Shown here: one piece after another, positions 52,948-62,083 of the stretch
Numbering within the stretch: position 1 is the first letter of the stretch
Layout of the letters: the number at the start of each line of letters is the position of its first letter
Virus record (IMG/VR): IMGVR_UViG_3300032272_000008
Span: 1-64,000 of that record
Length of the DNA: 64,000 nt
Strand: one strand, 5' to 3'
Source of the DNA: a virus
Taxonomy: Duplodnaviria > Caudoviricetes
Notes under the pieces: generated by a model
Databases searched by the model: none
Seen by the model: the letters and a program-made list of their open reading frames with translations, nothing else
Told to the model about the DNA's origin: nothing
Program-made: the position numbers and the translations under genes

Positions 52948-53682
52948 ATGAGCAGATTCATCAGCTTAACTATTGACGGAGTTGACTACTCCATTGACGC
53001 GTCCAAGATTGCGTATATATCTGATGTCGGAGGCAGCAACGTCGGCTTAACTTTCAACACAGATAGATTCTATCGTCCTCTCAGTGAAGGAGGTTCTATT
53101 TCATCTCGTTGGACAGCTCAAGACGGTGCAAACATCGGACCTCTTCTACAATTTGTAGGAAGGGCTGATTCCTTCATTGCCACACATGGAGCGGCGTTTG
53201 CGGCGGCAGGATATCCATTCTTCAGAATAACTGACAGAATGGTTACGTCACCAACTTCACAGGTCGTGAAATATTGCAACGCTGGTAATGTTGTTGCCGC
53301 ATGGCTTGGAAGCCCTGGTGTGGTCACTTGTACTGTCAATGATGCGCCCCTCAATGATCTTGGAGGCGTCCAAGACGTAAGCTACGTTCTCCAAGGTGGT
53401 GAGACATTGGCAGATTTCGTCATAAGTATTTCCCCTGATGTCTCAGGTGGTGGTGCCTCTGCCGGTGTTCAAGTCATCAACTCTGGCGATGGCATGGTTG
53501 CTGTCAACAATGCGACTGGTCCGGTGGACATTGAAAACAGCGGTGCAGGCGACACGACGGTCAACACGACCGGCGATGCAGCTCTCCTGAATACTGGTGG
53601 TGGCGTGGTCACGGTCAACAACGGTGACAACGCGGCTGTCGAGAACTCAGGCACAGGCGACGTGACTGTCAACAACGCTTAA
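52948..53682 (+). CDS. Hypothetical protein with C-terminal V-x-N-x-G-D/G repeats (beta-helix-like)
   Basis: AGGAG RBS before ATG 52948; repeats VINSGDG, IENSGAGD, LLNTGGG, VENSGTGD. Confidence 0.6.
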   Translation: MSRFISLTIDGVDYSIDASKIAYISDVGGSNVGLTFNTDRFYRPLSEGGSISSRWTAQDGANIGPLLQFVGRADSFIATHGAAFAAAGYPFFRITDRMVTSPTSQVVKYCNAGNVVAAWLGSPGVVTCTVNDAPLNDLGGVQDVSYVLQGGETLADFVISISPDVSGGGASAGVQVINSGDGMVAVNNATGPVDIENSGAGDTTVNTTGDAALLNTGGGVVTVNNGDNAAVENSGTGDVTVNNA

Positions 53683-53713
53683 ACCTTGCAAGCGTACGAC
53701 ATCAAAACCTAAC

Positions 53714-53746
53714 AGAAGGCCGGTGCTTCACAGCGTCGGCCTTTTC
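53714..53746 (+). terminator. Rho-independent terminator
   Basis: AAGGCCGG-TGC...GCG-TCGGCCTT followed by TTCT. Confidence 0.65.
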
Positions 53747-53763
53747 TATTTTGACGAGTTGTA

Positions 53764-53792
53764 TTGACAACATTAAATTTACGTGTTAACTG
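53764..53792 (+). promoter_or_regulatory. Sigma70-type promoter of the head operon
   Basis: TTGACA-N17-TAACTG with TG extension (GTGTTAAC). Confidence 0.6.
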
Positions 53793-53837
53793 ACATGCTG
53801 AAGCCGCGAGGGTCGTGGTTATAAAAACGGAGTTAGC

Positions 53838-54623
53838 ATGCCTGACATTTTCTTTGCGACGAAAGAAGAAGCCCCAGAGGGACTTCGAGAAACATTGGTA
53901 GCGGACGGAGAGCGGTTCAAGATCAATGTGGTTCCCAACGCTAAACTGGTGGAATTTCGTGACAACAACACGAACCTGCTGAAAGAGCGTGACGTACTAA
54001 AGTCTACGGTCGATAAGCTTGCACCAGTCATCGGAGATGATCCTGACGCATTCTTGACGGAAGTGACTGAGCTTCGATCTACAGCGCAACTTGTTGCAGA
54101 TGGTAAGCTCAAAGGGAATGAGACTATCCAGAAGGAAGTCGATACCCGCGTAGCCGCGATGGAGAAGAACTACCAAGATCAGCTGAAAGAAGCTGGTCAG
54201 AAGGTTCAGAACCTGACGGAATACAGTCAGACAATGACTGCAAAATATCAGAACAGTGTACGCGATCGCGAGATCACCAACGCAGTTCTGGCAACCGAGT
54301 CTGGAGCAAACCCGACCGCACTGCCCGACATCCTGTCGCGTGCCCAAGGAATTTTCCAGGTTCAAGAAGATGGTTCTCTCGTCGCCAAAGATGGCGAGAC
54401 TGTAATTTATGGCGCGGATGGAACAGCTTCCATCACGCCAAATGAATGGCTTAACAAGTTGCTGGAAACAGCGCCTTATCTTGGTAAGTCGAGTGCCGGT
54501 GGCGGGGCTGCTGGTGAACGTGGTGATGCGAAGTTTGGTGGTCTGTCTGAAAAGGCATTCAGCGAATTGACTCCGCAAAAGCGCATGGCATTGCATCGTG
54601 AGCAGCTAAAGAAGCGGGCTTAA
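53838..54623 (+). CDS. Capsid scaffolding protein
   Basis: Coiled coil directly upstream of MCP; C-terminal helix typical of scaffolds. Confidence 0.7.
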   Translation: MPDIFFATKEEAPEGLRETLVADGERFKINVVPNAKLVEFRDNNTNLLKERDVLKSTVDKLAPVIGDDPDAFLTEVTELRSTAQLVADGKLKGNETIQKEVDTRVAAMEKNYQDQLKEAGQKVQNLTEYSQTMTAKYQNSVRDREITNAVLATESGANPTALPDILSRAQGIFQVQEDGSLVAKDGETVIYGADGTASITPNEWLNKLLETAPYLGKSSAGGGAAGERGDAKFGGLSEKAFSELTPQKRMALHREQLKKRA

Positions 54624-54688
54624 AAAACCCAACTCTCTGCGAGTGATGCAGTAGTTTAAACAACCCCGCTCGTAGGAGGGCACTGCAC

Positions 54689-55633
54689 ATGGCCATTACC
54701 CTGGTCGAAGCTTCCAAACTGAATCCTGGTGACGTCGTTCGAAACGCTGTCATCGAAATGTTCGCTCGTTCGAGCGACATCCTTCGCGTTATGCCGTTCG
54801 AAGATATCCCAGGTGGTTCGTACCACTACAATCAGGAAGGCTCGCTTCCAGGCGTTGCATTCCGTGGTGTCAACGAAGGCTATACGGAATCTGCTGGCGT
54901 CATCAATCCACAAGTCGAAGTTCTGCGCATTGCAGGCGGCGATCTGGACGTTGATAAAGCGATCCTGAAAATGCACGGCGACGGCGTCCGTAGCTCTCAC
55001 GAGTCTATGAAGGTCAAAGCTCTGAGCCTCTTCTTGGCTAAGAAGATGATCAAAGGCGACTCCACCGCTGACGTCAAAGAATTCGACGGCCTGCAAAACC
55101 GGATCACCGGCTCGCAGCTCATCGAAGGCGAAGCCAATCAGACGGCAACGGATAGCGGTGGCCCGCTTTCATTGGGTTCACTTGATGCAGGCATCGACGC
55201 AGTCGATGATCCAACGCATTTGATCATGTCAAAGGCTATGCGACGTCTCTTGACGGCAGCTGCGCGTACGACAACTGTTGGTGGATTTATCAGCTACGAC
55301 GTTGATGAGTTCGGCAAGAAAGTCACCATGTACAACGATCTGCCTATCTTGATCGCTGACCATGACGAAACGGGCGCACGTATCCTGGAGTTCAATGAAG
55401 CTTCGGGCCACGGCACACCGGGTAGTGTTTCTACAAGCATCTACACCGTCTCGTTTGGTGAGAACATGCTGACTGGTCTTCAGAATGGCATCATGGATGT
55501 CGAAGACCTCGGTGAAATCGATTCGAAGCCAGTCCTTCGGACTCGCGTCGATTGGTTGGTCGGTCTTGCAGCTCTGCATGGTCGTTCGGCTTCCCGCCTT
55601 CGTGGCATCACGAACGAAGCAGTCGCCGTATAA
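54689..55633 (+). CDS. Major capsid protein
   Basis: MAITLVEASKL, ILRVMPF..I.G..Y.YN.E..LPGV.FRGVNEGY, GGDLDVD, EFDGL, RTRVDW.VGLA. Confidence 0.9.
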   Translation: MAITLVEASKLNPGDVVRNAVIEMFARSSDILRVMPFEDIPGGSYHYNQEGSLPGVAFRGVNEGYTESAGVINPQVEVLRIAGGDLDVDKAILKMHGDGVRSSHESMKVKALSLFLAKKMIKGDSTADVKEFDGLQNRITGSQLIEGEANQTATDSGGPLSLGSLDAGIDAVDDPTHLIMSKAMRRLLTAAARTTTVGGFISYDVDEFGKKVTMYNDLPILIADHDETGARILEFNEASGHGTPGSVSTSIYTVSFGENMLTGLQNGIMDVEDLGEIDSKPVLRTRVDWLVGLAALHGRSASRLRGITNEAVAV

Positions 55634-55638
55634 GGAAA

Positions 55639-55686
55639 TTAGGTTGTGGCCTAGTCTTGGAGACAAGACGTTAGGACACAGCCTAA
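55639..55686 (+). other. Long stem-loop with GAGA tetraloop after the MCP stop
   Basis: TTAGGTTGTG/CACAGCCTAA, CCTA/TAGG and GTCTTG-GAGA-CAAGAC. Confidence 0.7.
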
Positions 55687-55725
55687 CCTTTCTCAACACA
55701 AACCCTTTGATAGGAGAAAAATCTC

Positions 55726-56205
55726 ATGGGTGTTAATGCAAGTGCCGTAAAATACGGCTTCGATACTGATGCTTCGGTTGAACTCCGGGACATCACTGAC
55801 GGTGCGGAAACGCACGCAACTGGTGCAACGGTCACTGAAGCAGCTATCTCGCTCAACGAGCTTGATGCAGCCTATTGGCATGACAATGAAATCCCATATG
55901 GGGTTCTCGCTATCGCTGTGAACGTGTCAGCCGCATCAGACACCATCGGCGACGAAGTGTACGCGCTCGAACTGATCGTTGATGACGTCGTCACTGTCGA
56001 TGACACGCCTACGGTTGTTGCCACTATGGCAGTTCCTCGCGGCGTTACTGGCATCTACTATATGTATGTAGACGCCCGTACAATCGAACTCGTCGATCAG
56101 GAAACATCTGGTACTGATAAGTGGATGGCCATTCGGACAACTTTCTCTGGTGCTACCAATCCGTCGATCACATACGGTGCATGGATCGCGAAATCCCTCC
56201 GCTAA
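55726..56205 (+). CDS. Probable capsid decoration/cement protein
   Basis: Beta-rich 159 aa directly after MCP; AGGAG RBS. Confidence 0.55.
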   Translation: MGVNASAVKYGFDTDASVELRDITDGAETHATGATVTEAAISLNELDAAYWHDNEIPYGVLAIAVNVSAASDTIGDEVYALELIVDDVVTVDDTPTVVATMAVPRGVTGIYYMYVDARTIELVDQETSGTDKWMAIRTTFSGATNPSITYGAWIAKSLR

Positions 56206-56224
56206 GTCAGCGGACACGAAAATG

Positions 56225-56250
56225 AGAGCAGGGGAAACCCTGCTCTTTTT
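56225..56250 (+). terminator. Rho-independent terminator
   Basis: AGAGCAGGG-GAAA-CCCTGCTCT-TTTT. Confidence 0.85.
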
Positions 56251-56270
56251 CCCTCACATAACATTCAAGG

Positions 56271-56753
56271 ATGCCTGACATGTCGGTTACCCCTCCTGGC
56301 CTAAAATCGTGGCCTGCCTCTACTATCGGAAAAGCTACTTCACCTGAAATCGCCGGTGGTCACAGATCAAAAGGCCCCGGTTGGGTCAAGATGCGAATTC
56401 GCGGTGGTGATGTCATCGACGTTCACACAGATTCTATCCGAGACGTCATACGTCATCATGGCGGTGTGGTGGTCAACTCCAAAGGTAAGGATGCTTCAGC
56501 CGCTGTTGAAACACCTGAAGTCAGTGAAACTAATGGCAGCTCGCCAGTAGAGTTTGTTGAAACAGCTGAGGTCAAAGAGCCGAACGAGCTGGACGACCTT
56601 CGTGCTGAATACACGAAACGATCTGGCAAGGACTGGAATAAGCAGTGGGGCAAACGCGTCCTTGAGAACAAGATCAAAGACCTCGACCCGCAGCCGTCAG
56701 ATAATCCCGGCGATATTGTCGAAACAGTTTCTCCTGTCGAAGGTGACGAATAG
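56271..56753 (+). CDS. Hypothetical head-module protein
   Basis: C-term LDDLRAEY..RSGK...KQWG...L..KI helical motif. Confidence 0.6.
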   Translation: MPDMSVTPPGLKSWPASTIGKATSPEIAGGHRSKGPGWVKMRIRGGDVIDVHTDSIRDVIRHHGGVVVNSKGKDASAAVETPEVSETNGSSPVEFVETAEVKEPNELDDLRAEYTKRSGKDWNKQWGKRVLENKIKDLDPQPSDNPGDIVETVSPVEGDE

Positions 56754-56775
56754 TCTCGCGACGACATAGACGAAG

Positions 56776-56803
56776 AGAGCCTCCGCCAAGTGCGGGGGCT
56801 TTT
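56776..56803 (+). terminator. Rho-independent terminator
   Basis: AGCCTCCGC-CAAGT-GCGGGGGCT-TTT. Confidence 0.7.
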
Positions 56804-56809
56804 CTGTAA

Positions 56810-56838
56810 TTGACCTCTCCGCGCGGGGCGCGTACTAT
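56810..56838 (+). promoter_or_regulatory. Sigma70-type promoter of the neck/tail operon
   Basis: TTGACC-N17-TACTAT. Confidence 0.7.
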
Positions 56839-56867
56839 GAATTCAGACCCACTAGGAGAACCGGATC

Positions 56868-57389
56868 ATGGCCTTCACCTTCGTCGTCGAAGACGGCACA
56901 AATCTCGCCACTGCTACCAGCTACGTTTCTGTAGCTGCGGCGGACGACTACTTTGAAATCGACCGACCATTCACTGCGACGTGGACGGCGTTGTCCACTA
57001 CCGAAAAAGAATATCGGTTGGCCTGGGCCACCCGCGTCCTTGATCAGAAGGTCAAGTGGAACGGCACCAAGGACACCGAAACGCAGGCACTCGAATGGCC
57101 GCGCGACAGTGTGTACGATCGCAACGGCGTTGCCATCGACGATGATGAGATTCCAGAACAACTGGCCGAGGCCACCTTCGAACTCGCGAAGTATCTCAAC
57201 GCCGAAGATCCTATCTCAGGCGCAGGCGTGGACTTCATCTCAGAAATTGTTCTCGATGTTCTTGAGATCAAATACCAGGAAGGCACGAGCCAATCGTCTT
57301 TCCCGAACGTGCTCAACTCGCTGCTGCGCGGCCTCGGCCACTACCCGGTCCCAGGCACCTTCAGCTTCAATCGAATCAGCAAGGCGTAA
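56868..57389 (+). CDS. Head-tail adaptor (DnaT-like family)
   Basis: VVEDGT....ATSYVSVA.ADDYF, QALEWPR, IP.QL..AT.ELA. Confidence 0.8.
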   Translation: MAFTFVVEDGTNLATATSYVSVAAADDYFEIDRPFTATWTALSTTEKEYRLAWATRVLDQKVKWNGTKDTETQALEWPRDSVYDRNGVAIDDDEIPEQLAEATFELAKYLNAEDPISGAGVDFISEIVLDVLEIKYQEGTSQSSFPNVLNSLLRGLGHYPVPGTFSFNRISKA

Positions 57390-57392
57390 GTT

Positions 57393-57755
57393 ATGGGACT
57401 GACAGCAACACTTCGCTCTGCAATGGTCTCAGCCATTGCAGCGGCTGGCGACACCGCCACGGAGATCACGTATAACAGCGTGGTCCTCGGAACGTATGAT
57501 GCTGCCACTGACACCATTCCTGAAACGCTGACCTCGACCACGTTCACGACCTTTGTCTATGCATTGACCGACGCTGAAGTGGATTGGTTCCAAGGCGACA
57601 TTTCGATGCAAAAAGTCATCATCAATCCTGACGACATTGGCGTGACTCCGAAGGCCGAAGACCACATCACGATCGGTGGCGCTCGCTGGGACGTGGCAAG
57701 ATGGAAAGCCTTCCCTGGCAACGTCGGCTACATCGTTTTCGTGAGGAAAACGTAA
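57393..57755 (+). CDS. Head closure / head-tail joining protein
   Basis: Position and size; D.I.IGG..W.V motif. Confidence 0.65.
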   Translation: MGLTATLRSAMVSAIAAAGDTATEITYNSVVLGTYDAATDTIPETLTSTTFTTFVYALTDAEVDWFQGDISMQKVIINPDDIGVTPKAEDHITIGGARWDVARWKAFPGNVGYIVFVRKT

Positions 57756-58258
57756 TGTCTGTGAAATTTGCTGGTGTGTCTGCTGAGATGAAACGCATCA
57801 AAGCAGAGATCAAAGACCACACCAAAATCATCAAGCAGAAAGCAAGCATAGGCATTCAAGCTGGTGCTAGAGCTGCAATGGCTGCGACACCTGTGTTCTC
57901 GGGTGCGGCTGTCCGTAACTACCATCTTGGCGTGGGGACTGTACCGACGCGACAAGTGACGCCGGTTGGCGGACACATTCCTTGGCCAGCGCGTGACGGC
58001 ATACCTGAAGACGCAAAGAACGAACGCCGACGCGGTGCGAACGAAGCTGCGGCGCTTGGCGCAATCTCTGGAAAACTTGCTGGTTTCGTTGCCATGAAGA
58101 AACTGCCCAAGATGCTTGTGTTGAAAAATACATCGGACATCGCAGGACTCATCGATAGTGGCAGCGCGCCGACGGCGTCCCGGTCACGTTATTCAGGCGG
58201 CGTGGGTATCCTCATGCAGCAAACAGTACGATCGGCTTCAGGAGGGACGCTCAAATGA
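57755..58258 (+). CDS. Neck protein (HK97 gp10-like)
   Basis: TPVFSG.A..NY; position; TAATG coupling. Confidence 0.65.
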   Translation: MSVKFAGVSAEMKRIKAEIKDHTKIIKQKASIGIQAGARAAMAATPVFSGAAVRNYHLGVGTVPTRQVTPVGGHIPWPARDGIPEDAKNERRRGANEAAALGAISGKLAGFVAMKKLPKMLVLKNTSDIAGLIDSGSAPTASRSRYSGGVGILMQQTVRSASGGTLK

Positions 58259-58683
58259 CGGGCATGGTAGATGTAGAAGACACACTGCGACAGCTGTTTG
58301 CCAGCTCGTTTGCGGCTGCACAGCCTACAGTCGGCGTGTACTACGAGAACCAGCCGCGCGACAACAACGATCGTGAGCATTGGATTCAGTTCAATATCAT
58401 GATGGGAGAACTTCGACGCGCGGACATCGGCAGCAATAAAAACTTTCGCCAGATGGGTGCGGTCGTTGTCCAGGTCATGGCACCTGAGAACACCGGCACG
58501 CGCACGTCCAAAGGCATTGCTGACTCTGTGGTCGCCGTATTAACCGATCAGACACTTTCCATACCCGGTGGTGGACAAGTCGTGCTATATGGGGTAAACG
58601 TATCGAACCGAGGGGTTATCAATGGGTGGCATTCGTATGCTGTCCAGTGTGAATTCCGCGCCGACTATCAAATCATAAGATAA
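58255..58683 (+). CDS. Tail terminator protein
   Basis: V.YEN.P, W..F.I..G, R..G.V.VQV..P...GT. Confidence 0.72.
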   Translation: MTGMVDVEDTLRQLFASSFAAAQPTVGVYYENQPRDNNDREHWIQFNIMMGELRRADIGSNKNFRQMGAVVVQVMAPENTGTRTSKGIADSVVAVLTDQTLSIPGGGQVVLYGVNVSNRGVINGWHSYAVQCEFRADYQIIR

Positions 58684-58694
58684 GGAGTTTCAAC

Positions 58695-59102
58695 ATGTGG
58701 AAAGATTTTGTAGATACCTTGGACGCCATTGCGCCTCGCGCGATGATCATCGCACTTGCCATCGGCGCACTGCTCGCGCTCGGGACTTTACCGGCTAAAT
58801 CAAACGATGTGGTTGCTAGGGAAATTCCTACCACAATGCTCTGCATGTCTATCGCGCAATTTTTTCCTAAGCTGGGTTCATATGACGTGGACGTCGTTGC
58901 TGACGGAAAAGTTGATGATAGAAACCAAATGCAAATTGCGATCGAACGCAAAACAGGAATTTTTCATCTCTACATTATCAATCAAGACAACGATATAGCT
59001 TGTCTTTTGGGGCTTGGAGATAGCTTGACTATCCTGAAAGACAAGATTCGTATCCCGCTTCCACCTAAAAAAGCGAAGAAATTGGGTCCTAATGACCTCT
59101 AA
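58695..59102 (+). CDS. Secreted/membrane hypothetical protein inserted in the tail operon
   Basis: AAGGAG RBS; TM/signal; two Cys. Confidence 0.6.
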   Translation: MWKDFVDTLDAIAPRAMIIALAIGALLALGTLPAKSNDVVAREIPTTMLCMSIAQFFPKLGSYDVDVVADGKVDDRNQMQIAIERKTGIFHLYIINQDNDIACLLGLGDSLTILKDKIRIPLPPKKAKKLGPNDL

Positions 59103-59104
59103 GA

Positions 59105-59133
59105 TTGACGTAGGCTTCGGTCTGTGTTAACGA
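59105..59133 (+). promoter_or_regulatory. Sigma70-type promoter of the tail tube gene
   Basis: TTGACG-N13-GTGTTAAC, same geometry as 53764. Confidence 0.55.
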
Positions 59134-59207
59134 CAGTGTAGAAAACAAATGCTGCCGGGGGCAGTTGATAGGCAGTCCAGCCTGATCTCTCAACAGGAGC
59201 CCTCGTA

Positions 59208-61028
59208 ATGACGTTGAATGCAGCCGAATCCAATCGCGTTGCCGTGTACTTTATTCCAGAAGTCACTTGGGGTGTTACCCCAACTTCTGGTGAAGTCCGG
59301 CTCGCGCGTATCACATCCTCTTCCATCGTGGCCTCGAAAGAAACCGAGACCTCTCAAGAAATTCGCGCTGACCGCATGGTCCCAAGCGTCATCGAAGTGT
59401 CTGCTGCGACGAGCGGCGACATCGAAGGCGAAATGAGCGCAGGCACGTACGACACCTTCTTCCAACAGTTCTTGCTTGGCGCATGGACAAAGGCGATGAA
59501 GCACTGGCGTATCAAAGGTACGTCCGTCACAATCACAGGCGTATCGGAAATCACGATTGCGGGTGTGGATTGGACTGACTACTTCACGTCTGGGCAGATC
59601 ATCAAGCTCGAAGGTTTTGTCGAACCAGAAAACAATGGATACTTCACACTGAGCACAGGCACGCCGCCTGCATTCGGTACAGACACCGTATTGACTGTTG
59701 ACGAAACATCCCTCGTCACTGTCGCTACAGGTCTCTCAAGTCACGTCGTAATGGATGCAGCAGACGTCATCGACGTAAGCTCTGCGATTGTGTTCGGATC
59801 GTCCAATGACGTTTCCGTAGTCACTTCGACAGCAGACATGGTGGTCGGACAAAAAGTCTACATGGAAGGCATGGACAAAGAGACTGGCACGATCACTACA
59901 GTCATCACGACTGATCCTGTTGATGGTGAAATCATTACGGTCAGCGACGGGACATCGACAATCGTGTATGAGCTTCACTCTGTTGAAGCTTCAGTCACGG
60001 CAGGCAACATATACGTCAACAACAACGCTGACGAAGCTACACTCGCAGGTCTCATCGAAGCGGCGATCAACGCACAGTTTGCAGCTGGAAACAGTAAGGT
60101 ATCCGCTACCGTAGCTGGCCTTGTTGTGACGCTCCAGAATAACGCAACATCTGGCGGTTCGATCACCACTGACGTGCTGTCTACAGCTGTTGCAGTTGTT
60201 GACTTCACTGGTGGTGTTGCTGGTAACGCTGGGTTCTTTACTGTCGCTTCGATTGACAGCGCAACAGCTTTTACCGTTGAAGAAACACTCACTGCGGCAA
60301 GTGCTGGTCCGACTGTCGTCATCAAAGGTTCGCACTTGCGTAACCCTGGTACGGTCGCTGACATTACCAAGCAGTCGATGTCTATGCTGACCTCGTTCAC
60401 CGACGTGACCAAGAAATTGATCCACGACGGTCTGCGTGTTTCAACATTCTCTTTGACCGTCGAAGCCGGTTCGCTTCTCTCTGCAACCTTTGGCTTCATG
60501 GGTTCTGAAACAGCTACGACGACAACGAATTCTGCGAAAGATCTCAGTGGCACAGGCTTTACGGTTCTGGATACGACGCCAACCGAAGTCATGAACGCGA
60601 CGGACAACGTCGGCACTGTTTTGCATAACGGTGCTGCCCTGTCCACGAGCGTTATGTCGATTGAGCTTAGTGGTGACAACGCGCTGCGTGAGCAGAAAGC
60701 TGTTGGCAACAAGTTTGCTGCGGGCATTGGTTATGGGCGGTTCTCGATGGAAGGCGCGCTCACAGCGTACTTCCAAGACTTCACGCTCTACGATGCATTC
60801 ATCAACCACACGACAGCATCGATCGAGTTCCCGATCACAGACGCGGATAACTATCACATGATTTTCCGCATCCCTTCTGTGAAGTTCACATCTGATCCGA
60901 TCGCTCCCGGTGGTATCGATGAAGACATCATGGAGGAAATCGAGTTCACCGCACAGCGTGACGCTACGTTGAACACGATGATGATGATCGATCGGTTCTC
61001 TTCTATCCTGCCGTTCGCGGCAGCATAA
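59208..61028 (+). CDS. Major tail tube protein with a large internal insertion
   Basis: E.TWG.TP, S.EIR.DR, G.I.GE.S, EG.LTAYFQD..LYD.FIN.T. Confidence 0.85.
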   Translation: MTLNAAESNRVAVYFIPEVTWGVTPTSGEVRLARITSSSIVASKETETSQEIRADRMVPSVIEVSAATSGDIEGEMSAGTYDTFFQQFLLGAWTKAMKHWRIKGTSVTITGVSEITIAGVDWTDYFTSGQIIKLEGFVEPENNGYFTLSTGTPPAFGTDTVLTVDETSLVTVATGLSSHVVMDAADVIDVSSAIVFGSSNDVSVVTSTADMVVGQKVYMEGMDKETGTITTVITTDPVDGEIITVSDGTSTIVYELHSVEASVTAGNIYVNNNADEATLAGLIEAAINAQFAAGNSKVSATVAGLVVTLQNNATSGGSITTDVLSTAVAVVDFTGGVAGNAGFFTVASIDSATAFTVEETLTAASAGPTVVIKGSHLRNPGTVADITKQSMSMLTSFTDVTKKLIHDGLRVSTFSLTVEAGSLLSATFGFMGSETATTTTNSAKDLSGTGFTVLDTTPTEVMNATDNVGTVLHNGAALSTSVMSIELSGDNALREQKAVGNKFAAGIGYGRFSMEGALTAYFQDFTLYDAFINHTTASIEFPITDADNYHMIFRIPSVKFTSDPIAPGGIDEDIMEEIEFTAQRDATLNTMMMIDRFSSILPFAAA

Positions 61029-61069
61029 CGAATCTGGCATCTCCGTTAACCCCCACGGTAGCGCCAGTA

Positions 61070-61112
61070 AGGTCCAGTCGCGAAGTCAGGCGCGCGACTG
61101 GGCCACCTTTTT
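61070..61112 (+). terminator. Terminator-like hairpin after the tail tube gene
   Basis: GGTCCAGTCGCG-10nt-CGCGACTGGGCC then ACCTTTTT. Confidence 0.55.
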
Positions 61113-61146
61113 CTTCAACGCCTGACACAACATGGAAGCCTGACAC

Positions 61147-61632
61147 ATGACGAAAAAAGCTACTGACGAATTCAAATCCCCCTTGGCCGATGACGAAGAC
61201 GGCGAAGGTATGGCACCTCTGTCCATTTTTGATATCTGCGAAACAGATACGCAAGCCGAAGAAAATGGCAAGTGGTTCAAGGACATCTTCAAAGACGAAT
61301 CCAACATCGATCTAAAGCTGCGCCGACTGACTTCAAAAGAGTCTGTCAAGGTTCGCCGACGCTTGGACAAACAGTTCAAGGGCAAGCAGCAGCGCGATGG
61401 TACGTATGATGATGACACCGCAACGGCGATCATGGTCAAACAGATGGCGCACGCCGTCATTGTCGATTGGACAAACATACGCGATCGGGACAGAACGGAA
61501 ATTCCATTCTCGCCGGAAGCCGCTGAAAAGCTGATGACGTTGTTGCCGACATTCCGTGATGTCGTTCTGGTCTATGCAAACGACATGGACAATTTCCGCA
61601 TCACCGCATCGGATGAAGTTGAAAAAAACTAA
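61147..61632 (+). CDS. Tail assembly chaperone
   Basis: E.E.G.WF, IVDW..I.D....IPFS.EAA..L; between tube and tape measure genes. Confidence 0.82.
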   Translation: MTKKATDEFKSPLADDEDGEGMAPLSIFDICETDTQAEENGKWFKDIFKDESNIDLKLRRLTSKESVKVRRRLDKQFKGKQQRDGTYDDDTATAIMVKQMAHAVIVDWTNIRDRDRTEIPFSPEAAEKLMTLLPTFRDVVLVYANDMDNFRITASDEVEKN

Positions 61633-62012
61633 CAGAGGTGCTTGAATGGCAGCTGAAGAACAGCAAAAAGTTCAAGCACCTGGAAGCCTTCATCAAGCAA
61701 AAAGAAGCAGGCCTGCGTGTTCCTTTCTTGGACAACGTGCCTGAAATCCACCCGCACAACCGTTGGATCATGCGTGGGTACGAATTGCTGTCCTCTCAGC
61801 GGCTGAAAGACCAACAACGGCCACAACCTATCCAGATCTCCGAGATTGCCGCCTACGTGGCCTTCGTGGGGACTATGGACGAAGCGGACAGAGAAGACTT
61901 TATGCGTATCGTCTGTAAGCTGGACGGCATCACGATGGACTTCGTTCAGAGTCAAATCAATGCTGAAAACCGCAAACAGCGCACGAAATCTGGAAAAAAG
62001 GGCGGCAGATAA
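61629..62012 (+). CDS. Chaperone C-terminal extension read by -1 frameshift
   Basis: A-AAA-AAC slippery site at 61623-61629; the -1 frame is open to 62012 (Y.LLS.QR...QPI..SEI.AY). Confidence 0.78.
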   Translation, partial: LTEVLEWQLKNSKKFKHLEAFIKQKEAGLRVPFLDNVPEIHPHNRWIMRGYELLSSQRLKDQQRPQPIQISEIAAYVAFVGTMDEADREDFMRIVCKLDGITMDFVQSQINAENRKQRTKSGKKGGR

Positions 62013-62018
62013 GGCATC

Positions 62019-62047
62019 TTGTCTTGCTGCCCTTTCCGTGATACGTT
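62019..62047 (+). promoter_or_regulatory. Sigma70-type promoter of the tape measure gene
   Basis: TTGTCT-N17-TACGTT with TG extension. Confidence 0.5.
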
Positions 62048-62083
62048 GGCCCACTTGTACCTACAACCATCTCGGGAAAAGCT

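Noticed and set aside
53773-53789. Full CtrA box in the head promoter (also 29819-29832, 36965-36983)
   Set aside because: TTAA spacing is 9, 6 and 11 nt rather than 7; at most half-sites.
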